Shown here: piece after piece, positions 46,761 to 62,909 of the stretch
Numbering within the stretch: the stretch's first letter is position 1
Layout of the letters: the number at the start of each line of letters is the position of its first letter
NCBI RefSeq assembly: GCF_009914755.1
Contig: NC_060939.1
DNA length: 64,000 nucleotides
From: the human T2T-CHM13v2.0 reference genome, Homo sapiens
Strand: one strand, 5' to 3'
Notes under the pieces: generated by a model
The model's database searches: none
Seen by the model: only the letters and a program-made list of their open reading frames with translations
What the model was told of the DNA's origin: nothing
Made by a program: the position numbers and the translations under genes

Positions 46761-49229
46761 GAAAGCAAGAAATGACCCGCTTTATGTCTGCTCTGAGGAG
46801 CTGGAACCAGCTGGGATCTCTGGACCACTGAAAGCCCTGGAACATCGCCCACTTGAGCCCAGCGTCCAGCCCCTAACTGGAGAGAGGCAGCCAAGGACAC
46901 ACTGAAAGGCCCGGCCTGTCCCACCCCTGCCATCAAGGCCTGCCCTGGTGATGAAGACTGTCAGGGGTCACCAGCTCCCATCTGCAGCCTCAGGGCTTTA
47001 CTCCCTGCTGAGAGGGACTGCTGCTCATTCTGACCGTATCATGGTTAATCCTGCCCCAGTCCTTGGCTGCCTGGCCCATGAGACTGTGTTCCTTCGGGCG
47101 AGGGAGCACGCCTGTTTATAGCCCTTTGGCACATATCATAGTGGCTGGGACATAGTAGGTGGTCAATAAGCATTAGCTCTGTTCCCTTCACTGTGGCTCT
47201 GCAGGCAAGCCAGCTGCATCTCAGCTCCTCTACCTTTGGCCTCATTCCTGCCTAAAATGCCCTCTCGTTTCCTCCCTGTAGCCACATCCAACCCAGGGTC
47301 CTAGCCCTGGCCCCGTCCACACAGCCTGTCCTCCAACCCTGCAACCCCCTAAGATGCTTCCCCTCTGGACCCCACAGCACCTGCTTCCCTTCACTCCCCT
47401 GCACCTCCTGAAATCTTAGGCATTTGTGGACATGCATATTTTTCTGGGAAATCTTAAAGGAGTCCTTGGCCCCCAAGAGGTTTAGAACTACTGGGAGGGA
47501 ATGGGGAAGCCTGGAAGGGTATTGAATGATACATTCCTTTGGTAAGACAGACCTGGCAGGGTACAGGGGGTTCTCTTCCATTTCTTTTGTAGGGCTTCCT
47601 CTTTGGGTGGGAAACTTTGAGGAGGCTCCAGGGCTGTGGACTGTCAGGGTGTGCTTTCCCTGTGACAGCATTCAGATAAGATGAGTAGTCTCTGTCTCTG
47701 TCTCCCTCTCTATCTGAATAACAAGGCTTGTTGTTTCTGTAGTTTTTCATTTTATTTTTCACATTCTGGACATTTTTAAAGCAGAAATCATTTTAGCTCA
47801 CCAAGAGTTGAAATTAGAGAGAGAGTGAATCACCTGGTCTCATCTAAAGTAGATAACAAAGCTGAGTTTGGTGAGAGCTGCAGTAAGCCATTTGCTTGGA
47901 CACCATGCACAGCCGCAAGAAGTGATACCTCTTGTAAATAAATCACCCACTGGCAGCCTCACCTTGGAATATTTATAAGGAAACAGACCTGGGAAGGACA
48001 AACTGTAAGTCTAGGCTGCAAAGATTATTGGAAGAAGCACTTTACAGTGTATACAGAAAGTTTGATGCTTGATCACCTACAGGAAGACAGAGGAGAAAGA
48101 AAGGAAAGCTGCCAGTTCTATTAGGCAGGGAAATGGTGTATTTCATTTTCAACGGTGGCCTGTCCTTGTGTATATCTGTGAGTCTTTCTCACTACAGGAT
48201 AGGGAAACATACAGGGAGAGTCTGCCCATCCTCCTTCCTAACCTCCAAGCTTTGGCAAGCCAGCCCAGGGCAGGATGCCTACGATGCCTGAAGGGGTCCC
48301 CAAGTTTGCTCCCAAATTACGTCAAAGCCCCAATCTACACCATAGGCCACAGGAAAGCCCAGACTGGCCCCCCTTCTCTGGTTGTAATATTGATGAAGTG
48401 CTTTGGGTGAAAGAGGATCTTCCATGGAGAAGAGATACAGCTGGGCCCAGTGAAGTATCCGTGTACATTTACGTCGGTGCAGAGCCAGACGCTGCAAGTG
48501 GACTCCCAAGTTCAACGAGCACAGTGTAACCTTAAGCAAGCTGCCGCCTCTATGAGCATCTTCCCTACCTCCACCCCTCCCGCCACTCAATTTGTCTCAT
48601 CTATTAAATTAAATTCCTCCAGGGACAATGGGGAGTCACACCCATCCCCCCAAGGAAAGCCTCAGGGCACCCCAGGAGTCTTGTGGTATGGCAGAAGGAG
48701 CACCGGGAGGGGTGTGGGGAGCACTATGTTGCGTGGCCTTGGAAAGTTGATTCAGACCTCATGGAATCCTCATCAGCCACTGTTCATTCAACAGCCATTT
48801 GTGTATTGCATGCATGTCCTATGTGCACCACTGTCATAGGGAGTGGGGGTAAAATGATGCAAAAAGGAAGATCCTAAACCTCCCAGGAATCAAAAATTTG
48901 AAAGAACACACATGAGTTAGAGTACAATGAAGTACATTACTGATGGAGAGAGAGAAGGTGCTAGCAGGCTGAGTGGGAGGCAAGTCTCCCAGCCTAAGGG
49001 GAGAGGTTGTAATAGGAGGTGGTATCTCAGCTGGTTGCTAAAAGACGAGTAGAGGTGAGCCAGGCCAAAGAGAGGGATGGGAGGCGTGGCTTTCCAGGCA
49101 GAGTCCCAGAAGTGGGAAACATCATGGAGAAAATGTGAACATTTTGGTGTTGCTGATGGAAATGGCAAGAAATAAGTCTGCATCTTTAGGCAAGAACAAA
49201 ATATAAAGGGCCTTGGACCTGTTCAAGAG

Positions 49230-49860
49230 GATTGAACCCTACATTTTCAAATGTAGCCCAGAGCATATCACTCCTCTACTCAAAGCTCTGCAGGTTTTAC
49301 TCCTGTTTCCCCTGCAGTGTCCTTACAATGCCCCCCACAGACCCAACGTAACCTGGCTTCCAGGTGCCTGTCTGACCTTATCTCCTTCCCATGTCCACCC
49401 CCCTGTACCCTCTCACCATGTTCTCCCTCTCCCTCAAACCACCCAGGCAGCCCCTGCTCAGGCCCTTGGCACTGCAGTTCCCTCTGCCCTGAATGTCCCT
49501 TTTCCAGATATCTTCACAGCTCACTCCCTCACCCCCTTCAAGTCTTCTTGAAGTGTTACCTTCTCCATGAGGCTGCCCAGACCACCATGCGGCACCCTCC
49601 CGTCCTCATTCCACGCTCCTAAAGTTCCTGACCCTCTTCAGGTGTTTTCTTTCAGAGCACGTACCACCTCAACATACTGTATAATTTTCCTATGTATGTT
49701 TTTCTTGTTTATTTCTATATTTATATTCACCCAACTAGAATATAAACTTAACCAGGGCTGGTATTTTTGTCTGCCTTGTTTACCGCTCTATCCCCGGCAC
49801 CTAGAACAGTGACTAGCACACAATAGGCTCTCACTAGATATTTCCTAAGTAATGAGTGAC
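49230..49860 (+). mobile_element. L2 (L2a-like) 3' portion
   Basis: 'cactgcagttccctctgccctgaatg...ctagaatataaact...cacctagaacagtgactagcacacaatagg'. Confidence 0.8.
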
Positions 49861-50080
49861 CAAGCTAGGGAACCACTGACAGGCATTAGGTGGGGGACAT
49901 ACTCAGATTTACAAATTAAAATCACTCTAGCTGCATAGTGTAGACTCACAATGGCTGTTCTCCACTTTTTTCATCATGCCCCATAGTAATACATTCATTT
50001 AAATTATGACCGTGGACACACAAAAAAGTCCAACTGAAATAAGTTTCATGAAACAGTAGTTTCGCTTTTCACCTTTTGCA

Positions 50081-50365
50081 ATGTTCTGTACTCTATTCTA
50101 CTCTACTCTTCTATTCTATTCTATCCCAGTCCAGCCTATGCTATTCTATTCTATCCCAGTCCAGCCTATGCTATTCTATTCTATCCCAGTCCAGCCTATG
50201 CTATTCTATTCTATCCCAGTCCAGTCTATGCTATTGTGTTCTATCCTAGTCTATGCTATTGTATTCTATCCTAGTCTATGCTATGCTATGCTATGCTATT
50301 CTATCCTAGTCTACGCTATAGTATTCTATTGTATCCTAGTCTATGCTAGTCTAGCTATGCTATGG
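50081..50365. repeat. Pentamer-based minisatellite with 30-bp higher-order unit
   Basis: ctattctattctatcccagtccagcctatg x4 at 50111-50230 (one substitution), degenerate pentamers on both sides. Confidence 0.95.
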
Positions 50366-50393
50366 CTACTTCATTGTTTTAAAACATATAGTG

Positions 50394-50757
<364 letters not shown>

Positions 50758-51196
50758 TTACATATTGGTCAAGGCATAGAAGAGCTCTGAGGCCACACAC
50801 CACACCGCTGGCCAGCCAGAGAAGCCTGCAGTGTGAGAGCAGAGGTCCCCCAACATTCAGTGGGTGGGCAGTGGGACAGGAGACATGGAGACCTGGGCAG
50901 GAATGGATGCAGAGGACCTCGGAGTGTGCAGTGTTGTGGGAACCAGGAGAGCAGAGAGTTTCAAGGTGACCAGCCAGGACATGGAGAGATGAGGAGCCCG
51001 GGAAGTGTCTGAGGAGGCAGCAAAGATAAAGTCTGAAGGGCAGGAGGCTGGAAGGCCAAGCCCCACCTGGGGACCTCTGATAAATGGGCTTTTGGGAATA
51101 GCTCTCCCAGGTGCCTCACAGCCTCAGAGGCAATCAGGCCTCAGGCAGAAAGGCCAGCTTGCCTCCATTGTCTCCCCTACCTTCCTTCCTTCTCTC

Positions 51197-51560
51197 TGTA
51201 TTAAGTCTGTTGTCACTCTGCTAATAATGACATACCCAAGATTGGGTAACTTATAAAGGAAAGAGGTTTAATGGACTCACAGTTCCACATGGCTAGAGAG
51301 TCCTCACAATCATGGTGGAAGGCAAAGGAGGAGAAAAGTCAACGTCTTTCATGGCAGCAGGCAAGAGGGCACGTGTGGGGTAACTCTCCTTTATAAAACC
51401 ATCAGATCTCGTGAGACTTATTCGCTATCATGAGAACAGCACAGAAAAAAAAACCCACCCCATGATTCAATCACCTCCCACCATGTCCCTCCCACAAAAC
51501 CTGGGGATTATTGTAATTCAAGGTGAGATTTGTGTGGGGACCCAGAGCCAAACCATATCA
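51197..51560 (-). mobile_element. THE1 (THE1C/D-like) solo LTR
   Basis: tgtatt...aaaccatatca termini; perfect TSD ctctc (51192-51196, 51561-51565). Confidence 0.92.
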
Positions 51561-53384
51561 CTCTCCTATCCTCAAGCACCAGCCACCTAAGCAGCCGTGT
51601 CTCTCTCTCTCTCTCCCTGTAATGACTTTTGGACATGGGGTCCAAGTGGCCTCAGGACACCCCCAAAGGAAATTTCTTATTAACAAGATTCCCCCATGTG
51701 AGCTGGGCAAAGGGTGGGGAGCTGTGGCAACACCCAGGGCCAGACTGTGTGGAAATAAGAAAATGGACAGTTTCACTTTGGGTGGCGAAATATGCACAAT
51801 TATCTACTCAGCTAGACACAGTCCTCACATGATTCTGGTAATAAAGAGTCTTCCATCAGCCACCCAGAGATGGGGCCCAGCTATGAGACCCCGCCTGAGG
51901 ACAGAGAGAGGCTGTCTGGGAGGGAGGCGCTGAGATCTTTCCAGATAAGTGTCAGGATCTTGACAGCTTTTTAAAAAATCTTTCAGAGAAGTACAGCCTC
52001 TCCAGAATAACAAAGTAGATCGCTTGAGGGCCCATAGCGACAGAAGTAGGAGAGGGAGTGAGAGGGCTTCTGATTGTCAATGGAATAAAAGTGTTTCTAT
52101 TCTCTGTTCAGCTCAGGAAAGCATCAACTCCAACAACATTCGTGAAGCCCCTGTCACCTACAAAGCAAAACAATCAGGGGCTGAGAGGGATACAGACCAG
52201 GCTTCTTCTACCCTGTACAGCACCTTTGTGTGAAATAGAAAAAGTCACCTCTTTCTCTGGGCCAACCCAGACCCTCGCCAGGGAGCAGTGGTCAGGTTAC
52301 ATCAGCTCCCACCAACTCGCCCTCAGCTGGGTGCTCTTGTGCAGTGTCCAACCTAAACAACCATATGCAGCATCCCCAAACACAGAGATGAATATGGCAC
52401 GGTCTTCAACTCCCAGAAGCTCATAAACTGTTTGGCAAAAAAATGTGTATAACCGGCCAATGAACAAAAGCAGCTTGTGGGAAATGCTAAAACAGAAACG
52501 CAAATGGTGGGTCCTGTTGCTAGGAAAGATTCATTCTGACAGGGAAATCTGGGAAGGCTTCCTGAGGAGGTAGAATTTGAGCTGGACCCTGAAATGTTGG
52601 CAGACATGAGAGTGGAGAAAGAAGGCACAAGATTTCAAGGTGTCTTCTAGGAAGGGGATGTAGGTTGTTGGGGCTGGAGAAGACAGCCAGGAGAATGGAA
52701 AAGGGGCCTAAAGAAGATGTAGGAGTTAAGAATAAGGGTCAAATTGTGGAGCACTTCAAGTGTCTCATTGAGGTATGTGCCCTTGGAGGGAGCCAGAGAA
52801 GGTCAGAGTGGAGAACTCCCTCTCCAGCCTGGCATCCTGGGTCTTTCTCAGAAGCGGGGTTGTCGTGGAAGAGGAATTCACACTGTTGCCTTCCAAAGGT
52901 ACCTCTAGCTGAGGTGTGCAACAGCCAAGGAAGCCCATGAGTCAGGTGTCTGCAGGACATCATGCAGAAGGCAGCTTAAAACATTAGTGCAGACTCATCA
53001 ACAGGATAAGCAGAGTCTAGAGAGCCCATCCAGGTTTATTTATCAGAGGCAGGCTCAGACAGCCCTGGCCCTACTTACTTGGTGGAGGGGACACACCTGC
53101 TCTGCCTGAGGGTCCCAGGAGACATGCACCTTCTACCAAAGGCTGAGAGAAGCAAGCATGTGCTTCAAAATCCAAGAATGCAGCTCAGTCTCATGGCATC
53201 ACCTGGCCCAAGTAATCCTGGTCACTAAGAGCAGGGTCTTTCTGCCTTGGCATTTCTCAATCCCAAATGACTCAGTACTCCTCATTCTCTGCTCCTACCT
53301 TAGACAGGCAAGAATTGCAGAGGAAAAGCTCATAGCCAACTACTTTATTCTCCTGAAAAGTCTCTCCCATGATTTCTCCTACAT

Positions 53385-53550
53385 CTTTGCTACTCAAAGT
53401 GTGATCTGCAGACCAGTAGCATCGACATCACCTGGGAGCCTTATGGAAGTGCAGAATCTTGTGCTCTGTCCCAGACCAGTTGAGCCAGAATCTGCATTTT
53501 CACAAACCCCCAGGCAATTTGTATATGTTGTATATGTTGAACTCAGAGAA
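53385..53550. mobile_element. MER5A/B hAT-Charlie MITE
   Basis: 'ctactcaaagtgtgatc..cagaccag..gcatcacctgggagc...cagaatctgcattttcacaaacccccagg'. Confidence 0.8.
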
Positions 53551-54045
53551 GCCTGTCTTATACCATATTCTTTCCTGCTCTTCTCATAACACCCTAGCTA
53601 CTCCTTCTCAGTCTTCCTTGAGGACATCTTTACCTGCCCCTTTTAATGCTGGGAGGCTCTCTGCTCTCTTCCTTCTGCTTCTGCCCCTCTTCCTGGGTCA
53701 TCTCAGCAACTACCATGGCTTCCAATATCATCTGCCTCTCATGGACTCCCCAGTTTATATAAACAACACAGACCACTTTTCTGGGTGCCTGACTCATAGA
53801 TCCAAACACCTATGAGATGGTTCCAACACACTCTTCAAATTTCACATGCCCATGCCGAATTCATCATCTCTCCTCCAGCCTTGCAGCCTCATCTTCCGTG
53901 TTCTCTAGGTCACCCAGGCACCCATCCAGGGACTCATCCCAGCCTCCTGTCTCATCCTTAACCCCTGGGTTATTCTGCTATTAAGTCCTACTTCCTAAAC
54001 AGTTTTCGATCCTGGCCCCCTCCCCCTCTATCCTCACTGCCACTG

Positions 54046-54446
54046 TAATATAGTCTGAATATTTGTCCCCACCTACATCTCATGTTGAAATGTGATTTCC
54101 AGTATTGGAGGTGGGACCTGATGGGAGGTGATTGTATCGTGGGGATGGTTTAGCACCATCCTCTTGGTACTGTCCTTGTGATAATTGAGTGAGTCCTCAC
54201 AAGATCTGGTCACTTAAAAGTGTGTGGCACCTCCCCGCCACACCATGCTCTCTTTCTTGCTTCCATTCTCGCCGTGTGGTGGGCCTGCTCCCTCTTTGCC
54301 TTCTGCCATGCTTAGAAGCTTCCTGAGGCCCCCCTAGAAACATATGCTGCTGTGCCTCCTGTACAGCCTGCAGAACCATGAACCAATTAAACCCCTTTTC
54401 TTATAAATTACCTAGTCTCAGGTATTTCTCTAGGCAGCCTAGTACA
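54046..54446 (+). mobile_element. MST (MSTA/B-like) MaLR solo LTR inserted in L2
   Basis: MST body 'atctcatgttgaaatgtgat...cagcctgcagaaccatgaaccaattaaacc'; perfect TSD cactg (54041-54045, 54447-54451). Confidence 0.88.
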
Positions 54447-55186
54447 CACTGCCTCCACTCAGGTTGTTATCGTCCCTCTCCCAAGTTCTGCTACACGCTG
54501 ACCAACTTGCCAGCACCACTATCCTCCAAGCAGCAACTCTGCCATCCGGGCTGAAGGAGGCTCTGCCATCTTGTAGCTACTGGCACTGGAACACACGGTC
54601 TCCTTGGTTGCTGCAAGGAAAGTGAATGCTGGAATATTTTGCACCAACGAAGGACACAAACCACTGGAAGAACTAACCACATGTCTCCATCTAACTGCAA
54701 GGGGTGAGGGGTGTAGGGAAGGGTGAACCTCCTATGTCACAGTCTGGAGGGAGGGAACAACTGAACATGGGTGAATACCAGAAACCTCTACCAATCATTC
54801 TCCTCTGCTGCTTTATCTCCTCTAGCCCTTATCATCTGATGTACCGTACATTTGTTTGTTTACATACTTCTGTCCTACTTCCCCCAACCTATAGAGAATC
54901 TAAGCTTTCTGAGGGCAGATAATTCATTTTGTTTATTGCATTGCTGTATTTCTACAGCAATTGTAGTATTCTGCAACAGGGTCTGGCACTTAGTAATCAC
55001 TCAAATATTTGATGAATGCCTTATTAATAAAATGAAAAAATGAATGGTCTGGGCTGTATGTGTTTACTGGGGCAAAGGTAGGGCCAATGTTGAAGGAGGA
55101 GCCTGGAGAGTAAGAAGGGGTCATATCACAAAAGGCATTATGAGCCAATATAAAGGTGATTTCATTTTATCCTATAGAGGACAGAC

Positions 55187-55470
55187 GGCCGGGCACAGTG
55201 GCTCACACCTGTAATCCCAGCACTTTCGGAGGCCGATGCAGGTGAATCACTTGAGCCCGGGAGTTCAAGACCAGCCTGGGCAACATGGCAAAACCTTGTC
55301 TCTACAAAAAATTAGCCGAGTGTGATGGCCACCTGTAGTCCCAGCTACTTGGGGGACAGGTGGGTGGATAGCTTGAGCCTGGGAGATCAAGGCTGCAGTG
55401 AGCCGTGTTTGCACCACTGCACTGCAGCCTGGGGGACAGAGTGAGACCCTGTCTCAAAAAGAAAACTTTA
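55187..55470 (+). mobile_element. AluJ
   Basis: J-type 'cttgagccc..gagttcaagaccagcctgggcaac', 'gatcaaggctgcagtg'. Confidence 0.92.
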
Positions 55471-58400
55471 AAACTGCAGAGAACCACTGGAGGGATCTTA
55501 AAAGGGAAGTGACATGTTCTAGAAGATCACTTAGGAGGCAGGTTGGAGGGAACCCGCTGAAAGCTGGGAGGCCAGCAGGAAGACAACCGCTGCTGGTTTA
55601 GAGCTGGATGGTGGAATTTGTGAAGCAGGAGCAACAAGACTTGCTGAGAGATTAAATATGGGGTTTGTGAGGGGTCAAGATGACTTTAAAGGGTTTGGCG
55701 TGGGTTACTAGAAGGCTAGGAAGATGGAGTTCCATTTACTCCTCCCCAGGTAAGAAGGACTGAGGGATGGAGAAGACCTGGGGGAAGTCCTGTAATGAGG
55801 AATTGTTTGGGACACGTGAGCTTTGACATGGCTAATCACATGCCCAGACCTTGCTAAATTGCATGCAGCTCCCTATATAGATGTTTTTCCTCATCACTGG
55901 AATTTTGCACTGTCCCCTGACCCTGGAATAGCATTCTCTCTCTCTCTCTGTTAACTACTCCTAGCTCTGACCTCAGAAAACAAATCAGAAAGAAAAGAAG
56001 CACAAGAAGATGGGGCATACCTTCCAGTTCCCACCTCCCCTGACGGCACCGAACTGTACCTGCCCTCACCCCCAGGTGGATGTAGAGGCCTCCAGGGCTG
56101 GAGGAGAGGAGTCAGCTGGGTTCCTTGCAGGCCAGGAGCAATGGATAGATGGCTGCTTGGATGGTGGACAGCCTCCAGGCAGGGCCAAGGTAGGTACCCT
56201 GTTCAAAGGCAGTCATTGCAGCCAACTCTTGTTAGCATATTACTTGTGAAATGCTTCTCTGCCTCACATGGCTTCTGCCTCTCTGCCTTCCCTGGGTTCT
56301 TGTCCCCAGCCGTGGCCTAATATGAGTGCTCCTGCCAATCTTGTTTTTATCCTGGCCCAGTTCCTCACGCCTGATATCCCTTCTGTACACCAGCCTTTTC
56401 CAGCGTAGGATAGGATTGAAAGTGATACCTCCTGTGCCATCACTCAACATGAGACAGAAGCCCAGCAGTCCTGCTGCCATGTCCTTCTGCATGAGGGAAG
56501 AATGCCAGCTAATTTAATCCAGTCCCTGGGAAATCTTCTCTGGCCCCATCGGAAATAACGTGCTGGGAAACAGTCCAAGGCCACTGTCCAGCTACAGCCT
56601 GACTCCAGCAGTGTGGGTAGGGATGTAGGTAGGTGCATAGTTAGCTGCTCTCCTGCTCCCAACTGCTGCACTGGGAGGTGATTGAGTGTCACCTCATGCA
56701 TTAACCATGCATGGGAGAGAGCTGTGGGAGCTTCATTACCAACCCGCCCTCCTGTAGCCCTCATCCCTCCATCACAGGCCATCTGGATTGACACCTTGAT
56801 TGATTATCAAGGGCTCCATTGCGTCTGCTGCAGCGTCACCTGACAGAACGGGGAGGGGCTGTGTTGTACCTTACCTGTCAGTCTCTGCTAGGTGTCCCCT
56901 CTTGTGGTGCATGGGCACACCACGCTGGCATATTCAGTGGAGCCCTCATTTTATGGCCAGATGTCTCCTGCTAGGATAGCATCTGCCAACCCACAAACCC
57001 ACTCCAAATCCTATAGAAGGGGTTTTGGCAAAAAGAGTTCAAATTCAGCAGTTTTGATAAACCCCCAGAGAAAGGCATCCCTGGGCTGTTTCTAAGGATG
57101 GTAAATACCCACATCAATTGGTAAATTATAAAACTCAGCCACAAAATAAAGGGCTGATGGTTTGCAGAGAAATTGGCACAGTTGGGAAAGAAACAATACT
57201 GCCAATGATACAGCATCCTCTTTCCAAGCATTGGTGGTAAAGAAGAAATGACAAGCTGCTGCATCCAAAGCCTTTGAAGGGAGAAGAAAAGAATTTTCCA
57301 TCTTGATTTTTGGCATAGAGGGCGGTAGCCTTAAGTTTAGCAGGACAGGAGGAAGAGGAGGGAGGCTAATATTTGTAGAGTTCGTGTTTTGTGTACAGAA
57401 CCTCATCAAATCTTTGCCACAGCCTCACGAAGCAGGTATTTCTGCACTCATTTGTCAGGTGAGGTAGTAAGCTCAGAGAGGTGACGTAATTTGCCCACAG
57501 CCTCACAGCTTGCATATGGCAAACCCAAGCTGTCTAATTCTGAAATCTGACCTCTCTCTACTGTTATTACATGTCCACCCTGCCCCAGGCACATTTCAGG
57601 AAAGTCGGAAACCCAAGCCTTGTTTGAAAGGATCTTAACATATTTAAACAAAATCAGAACAAGAAACTTGAGAGCAAGTGTCATTGAATAAAATTAGTTT
57701 GAATGATCCGTACTGATCTACACTTATTTAAGGGCCCCATGGGGCGTTTTATACATTCAAGTATACTTGTATATACTTGAACAGAGTTTCTTGAACAAAG
57801 ATCTGCTATGCAGATGAGGAAAACCAAATTCCAAAGAGATGCTCACAAGTGGTAAGGGAAAGAACTAGACTTGTTTTTACTACGTAGATGCGTTTGTGTT
57901 CTGGTAGCATGCAAAGTCCCTCTTCGACATGTGAATATTAGTTATCAAAATGCGCGTTCTTATAAAAGAAACAGTCAGATGGCTTCTGCCCTAGTGGTCG
58001 TTGTTCCTAGTTCACATTCATCAGTCACAGAAGCTGGCATACTGTACAATCCTGAGGAACTAGTTATATACAATTATGCTTGTTTCAGAATAGTGGGGGG
58101 GGGGAGGGAATTGGAAGAACAATGTCACATTTGGGGAATTAAATGCCCATATAATCCATTACTTTTATTAAAAATATTTCTGAGCATTTATCATTCTTAG
58201 TTTTAAATAATATGGATTCTACACCACCTGCTAGAATCTGGGCTGGATGCTTTTTATACACATTGATTTAATCTTTACAACAATAGCACAAAATAAATCA
58301 TGTAATTCCTAGTGCTACAGGAAACTGAGGCCCGGCAAGTATAAGTAACTTGCCTCAAATTGCACAACTGGAAAGTTCCAGGGCCATCACTTGAACCATA

Positions 58401-58847
58401 TCCGTTGATGTTGGACTAACGGAATACATATTAGCACCTCATGAAGCCGGTTGACTTGCCTTGGGTGAATTGTAACGTCAATGAACTGCCTCATGTCTAT
58501 CACAGGACAATTACACCTAGTCAATGAAATGTGTTGGAGCTTTATGAGGATTAAACGTGAGCCCATGTGGAATCATATGTGAATACTGAAGTTACACACA
58601 GCCCAGGACTCCTGAGCATGTGCCTGAAGAGACATGCAAGGACGCTCATTGGAGCATTGTTTTGTAACCGCGAAAAATTTGAAGCAACCAAAATGTCCAT
58701 CAGCAGGAGAATGAAGAAAGAAATCATGATGGCTGGGCACGGTGGCTCATGCCTATAATCACAGCACTTTGGGAGGCTGAGGTGGGCAGATCACTTGGAG
58801 TCAGGAGTTCGAGACCAGCCTGGCCAACATGGTAAATCCCCATGTCG

Positions 58848-60641
<1,794 letters not shown>

Positions 60642-60801
60642 GGTCTTAAATAATTTTTAAAAACCCATCTATTAAAAAATCATGATTCATTCATGCAATG
60701 GAATATTATGCAGCAGATGAACTAGATCTTACAAGCATCAACATGGATAAATCTTGAATACAAAATGCTGAGAGAAAAAATTGTGGAATGTGTGAAGTAT
60801 T

Positions 60802-61160
60802 TGTATTAGTCTGTTCTCACGCTGCTGTGAAGAAATACCAAAGAATGGGTAATTTATAAGGAAAAGAGGTTTAATTGACTCACAGTTCCGCATTGCTGGG
60901 GAGGACTCAGGAACCTTAGAATCATGGTGGAAGGCACCTCCTCACAGGGCAGCAGGCGAGAGAATGAGTGCCAATCAAAGGGGGGGAAGCCCCTTATAAA
61001 ACCATCAGATCTCGTGAGAACTCACTCACTATCACGAGAACAGCATGGGTGAAACGACCCCCATGATCCAATTACCTCCACCTGGTCCCGCCCTTTACAT
61101 GTGGGGATCATTACAATTCAAGGTGAGATTTGGGTGGGAACACAGAGCCAAATCATATCA
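60802..61160 (-). mobile_element. THE1 (THE1D-like) solo LTR
   Basis: tgtattagtc...aatcatatca termini; TSD gtatt/ctatt. Confidence 0.9.
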
Positions 61161-61760
61161 CTATTGATGTAAATTTTAAGCACACAAAAATACTATGAAT
61201 TGTTTATTGAATACACACATACCAGTAAAAGTCCTAAACTCAGATGAAAAATCTACACACCAAGTTAGAATAATCCATACCTCTGAGGAGGAGGAAGGGG
61301 GATGGAATCAGGGAAGAATACAAAGGACACTACAACTGTCTCAATAATTTTTTAAATCTAAAACAAATGTGGTAAATGTTAATATTTGTTCAGTCTAGGT
61401 GGTGGGTAGCTGGGTGTTGTGTTTTTTTGTATATGTTTAAAATAGTTCATAATTGGAGAAAAGCATCAAGTGGTAAGCAACTGTGAAACATCATTATTAT
61501 AGCTATTCTTTATTGTTACTGTCACTGCCATCCAGGGACCCAGGTGACAGTGCTAACCTGGAGATGGGGACACTCATGTGGGCAAAGCTGCCTGATTTAC
61601 ACTCAAAAAGGATTAAATGAGGGAATATCTGCAAAGGCCTTGAGCTGTGTTTGCTTCCTTCCTCTATCCCTGCCTTAATAAATAAATTAATCCCAATAGA
61701 GACCACAGGAATTATCTGTGAAAGAAACCATCCCAATACCCAACTAAATGAAATATTTCA

Positions 61761-62147
<387 letters not shown>

Positions 62148-62707
62148 TTAGGCTGGGCCTAAAAGAGGCATGCCATTGGCTGGGTAAAACGCAGGTCAAC
62201 TGGAACCTTATCTCATGCACTTAGCTGGCTCTCAACTTCAAGACTGTGAGGCCTCCTTGCCATACTTGGGATGTAAGAAGGGCAAGCAGAAGATGGTTTG
62301 GGGGACTTCATGCCCCCGATTGTTTTAAATCCTCACCTTCCATTTGATGTTTTAAAAAATTGCTTTTGCACCAACCTAATATTTTAGTTAATATGATCAA
62401 TGACCATGAAGCTGCTCTGCCGGCAAGCCTGAGGCCACATTGGGGATTTCAGCACAGTGATGGAAGGTAGACAGCTCAGTTATCTGTGGTGATTAGAGAC
62501 CAGGAGGGGAGGGACACGGAGCTCTCCAGAGGCAGAATGTTCAGATAACAGCAGGCAGGATCTGAAGGAAGAGTGAAAGGAGGGCTTGCCAGAGGAGTGG
62601 ACACATGCAGGCAGAACATGGAGGCATTCTGAATATTCCCCCTCCTGCATGCCATATACTGGCCAGATGTACTGCCAGGTGAATAAGGCACAGGAGTGAT
62701 ATAGATG

Positions 62708-62909
62708 AGCGTGGTCCAATAGAACTCTCTGTGATGATGGAACTGTTCTTTATATGGTCCAATACGGTGGCCACTACCACATACAGCTATTGAGCCTTGA
62801 AATGTGGCTTGTGTGACTGGGAAACTGAATTTTTGCCTAATTTTAATTAACTGACATTTAAAACGTAAACAGCCACATATAACTACTGGCTCCTGGATTA
62901 GATGGCACA
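62708..62909. mobile_element. MER3 hAT-Charlie MITE
   Basis: 'gtccaatagaactctctgtgatgatggaa...tccaatacggtggccact...tgaaatgtggct..tgtgactg.gaaactgaatttt'. Confidence 0.85.

Noticed and set aside
50111-50230. 30-bp repeats as a CRISPR-like array or coding repeat (LFYSIPVQPM)n
   Set aside because: Head-to-tail units with no spacers, eukaryotic context; an ordinary minisatellite
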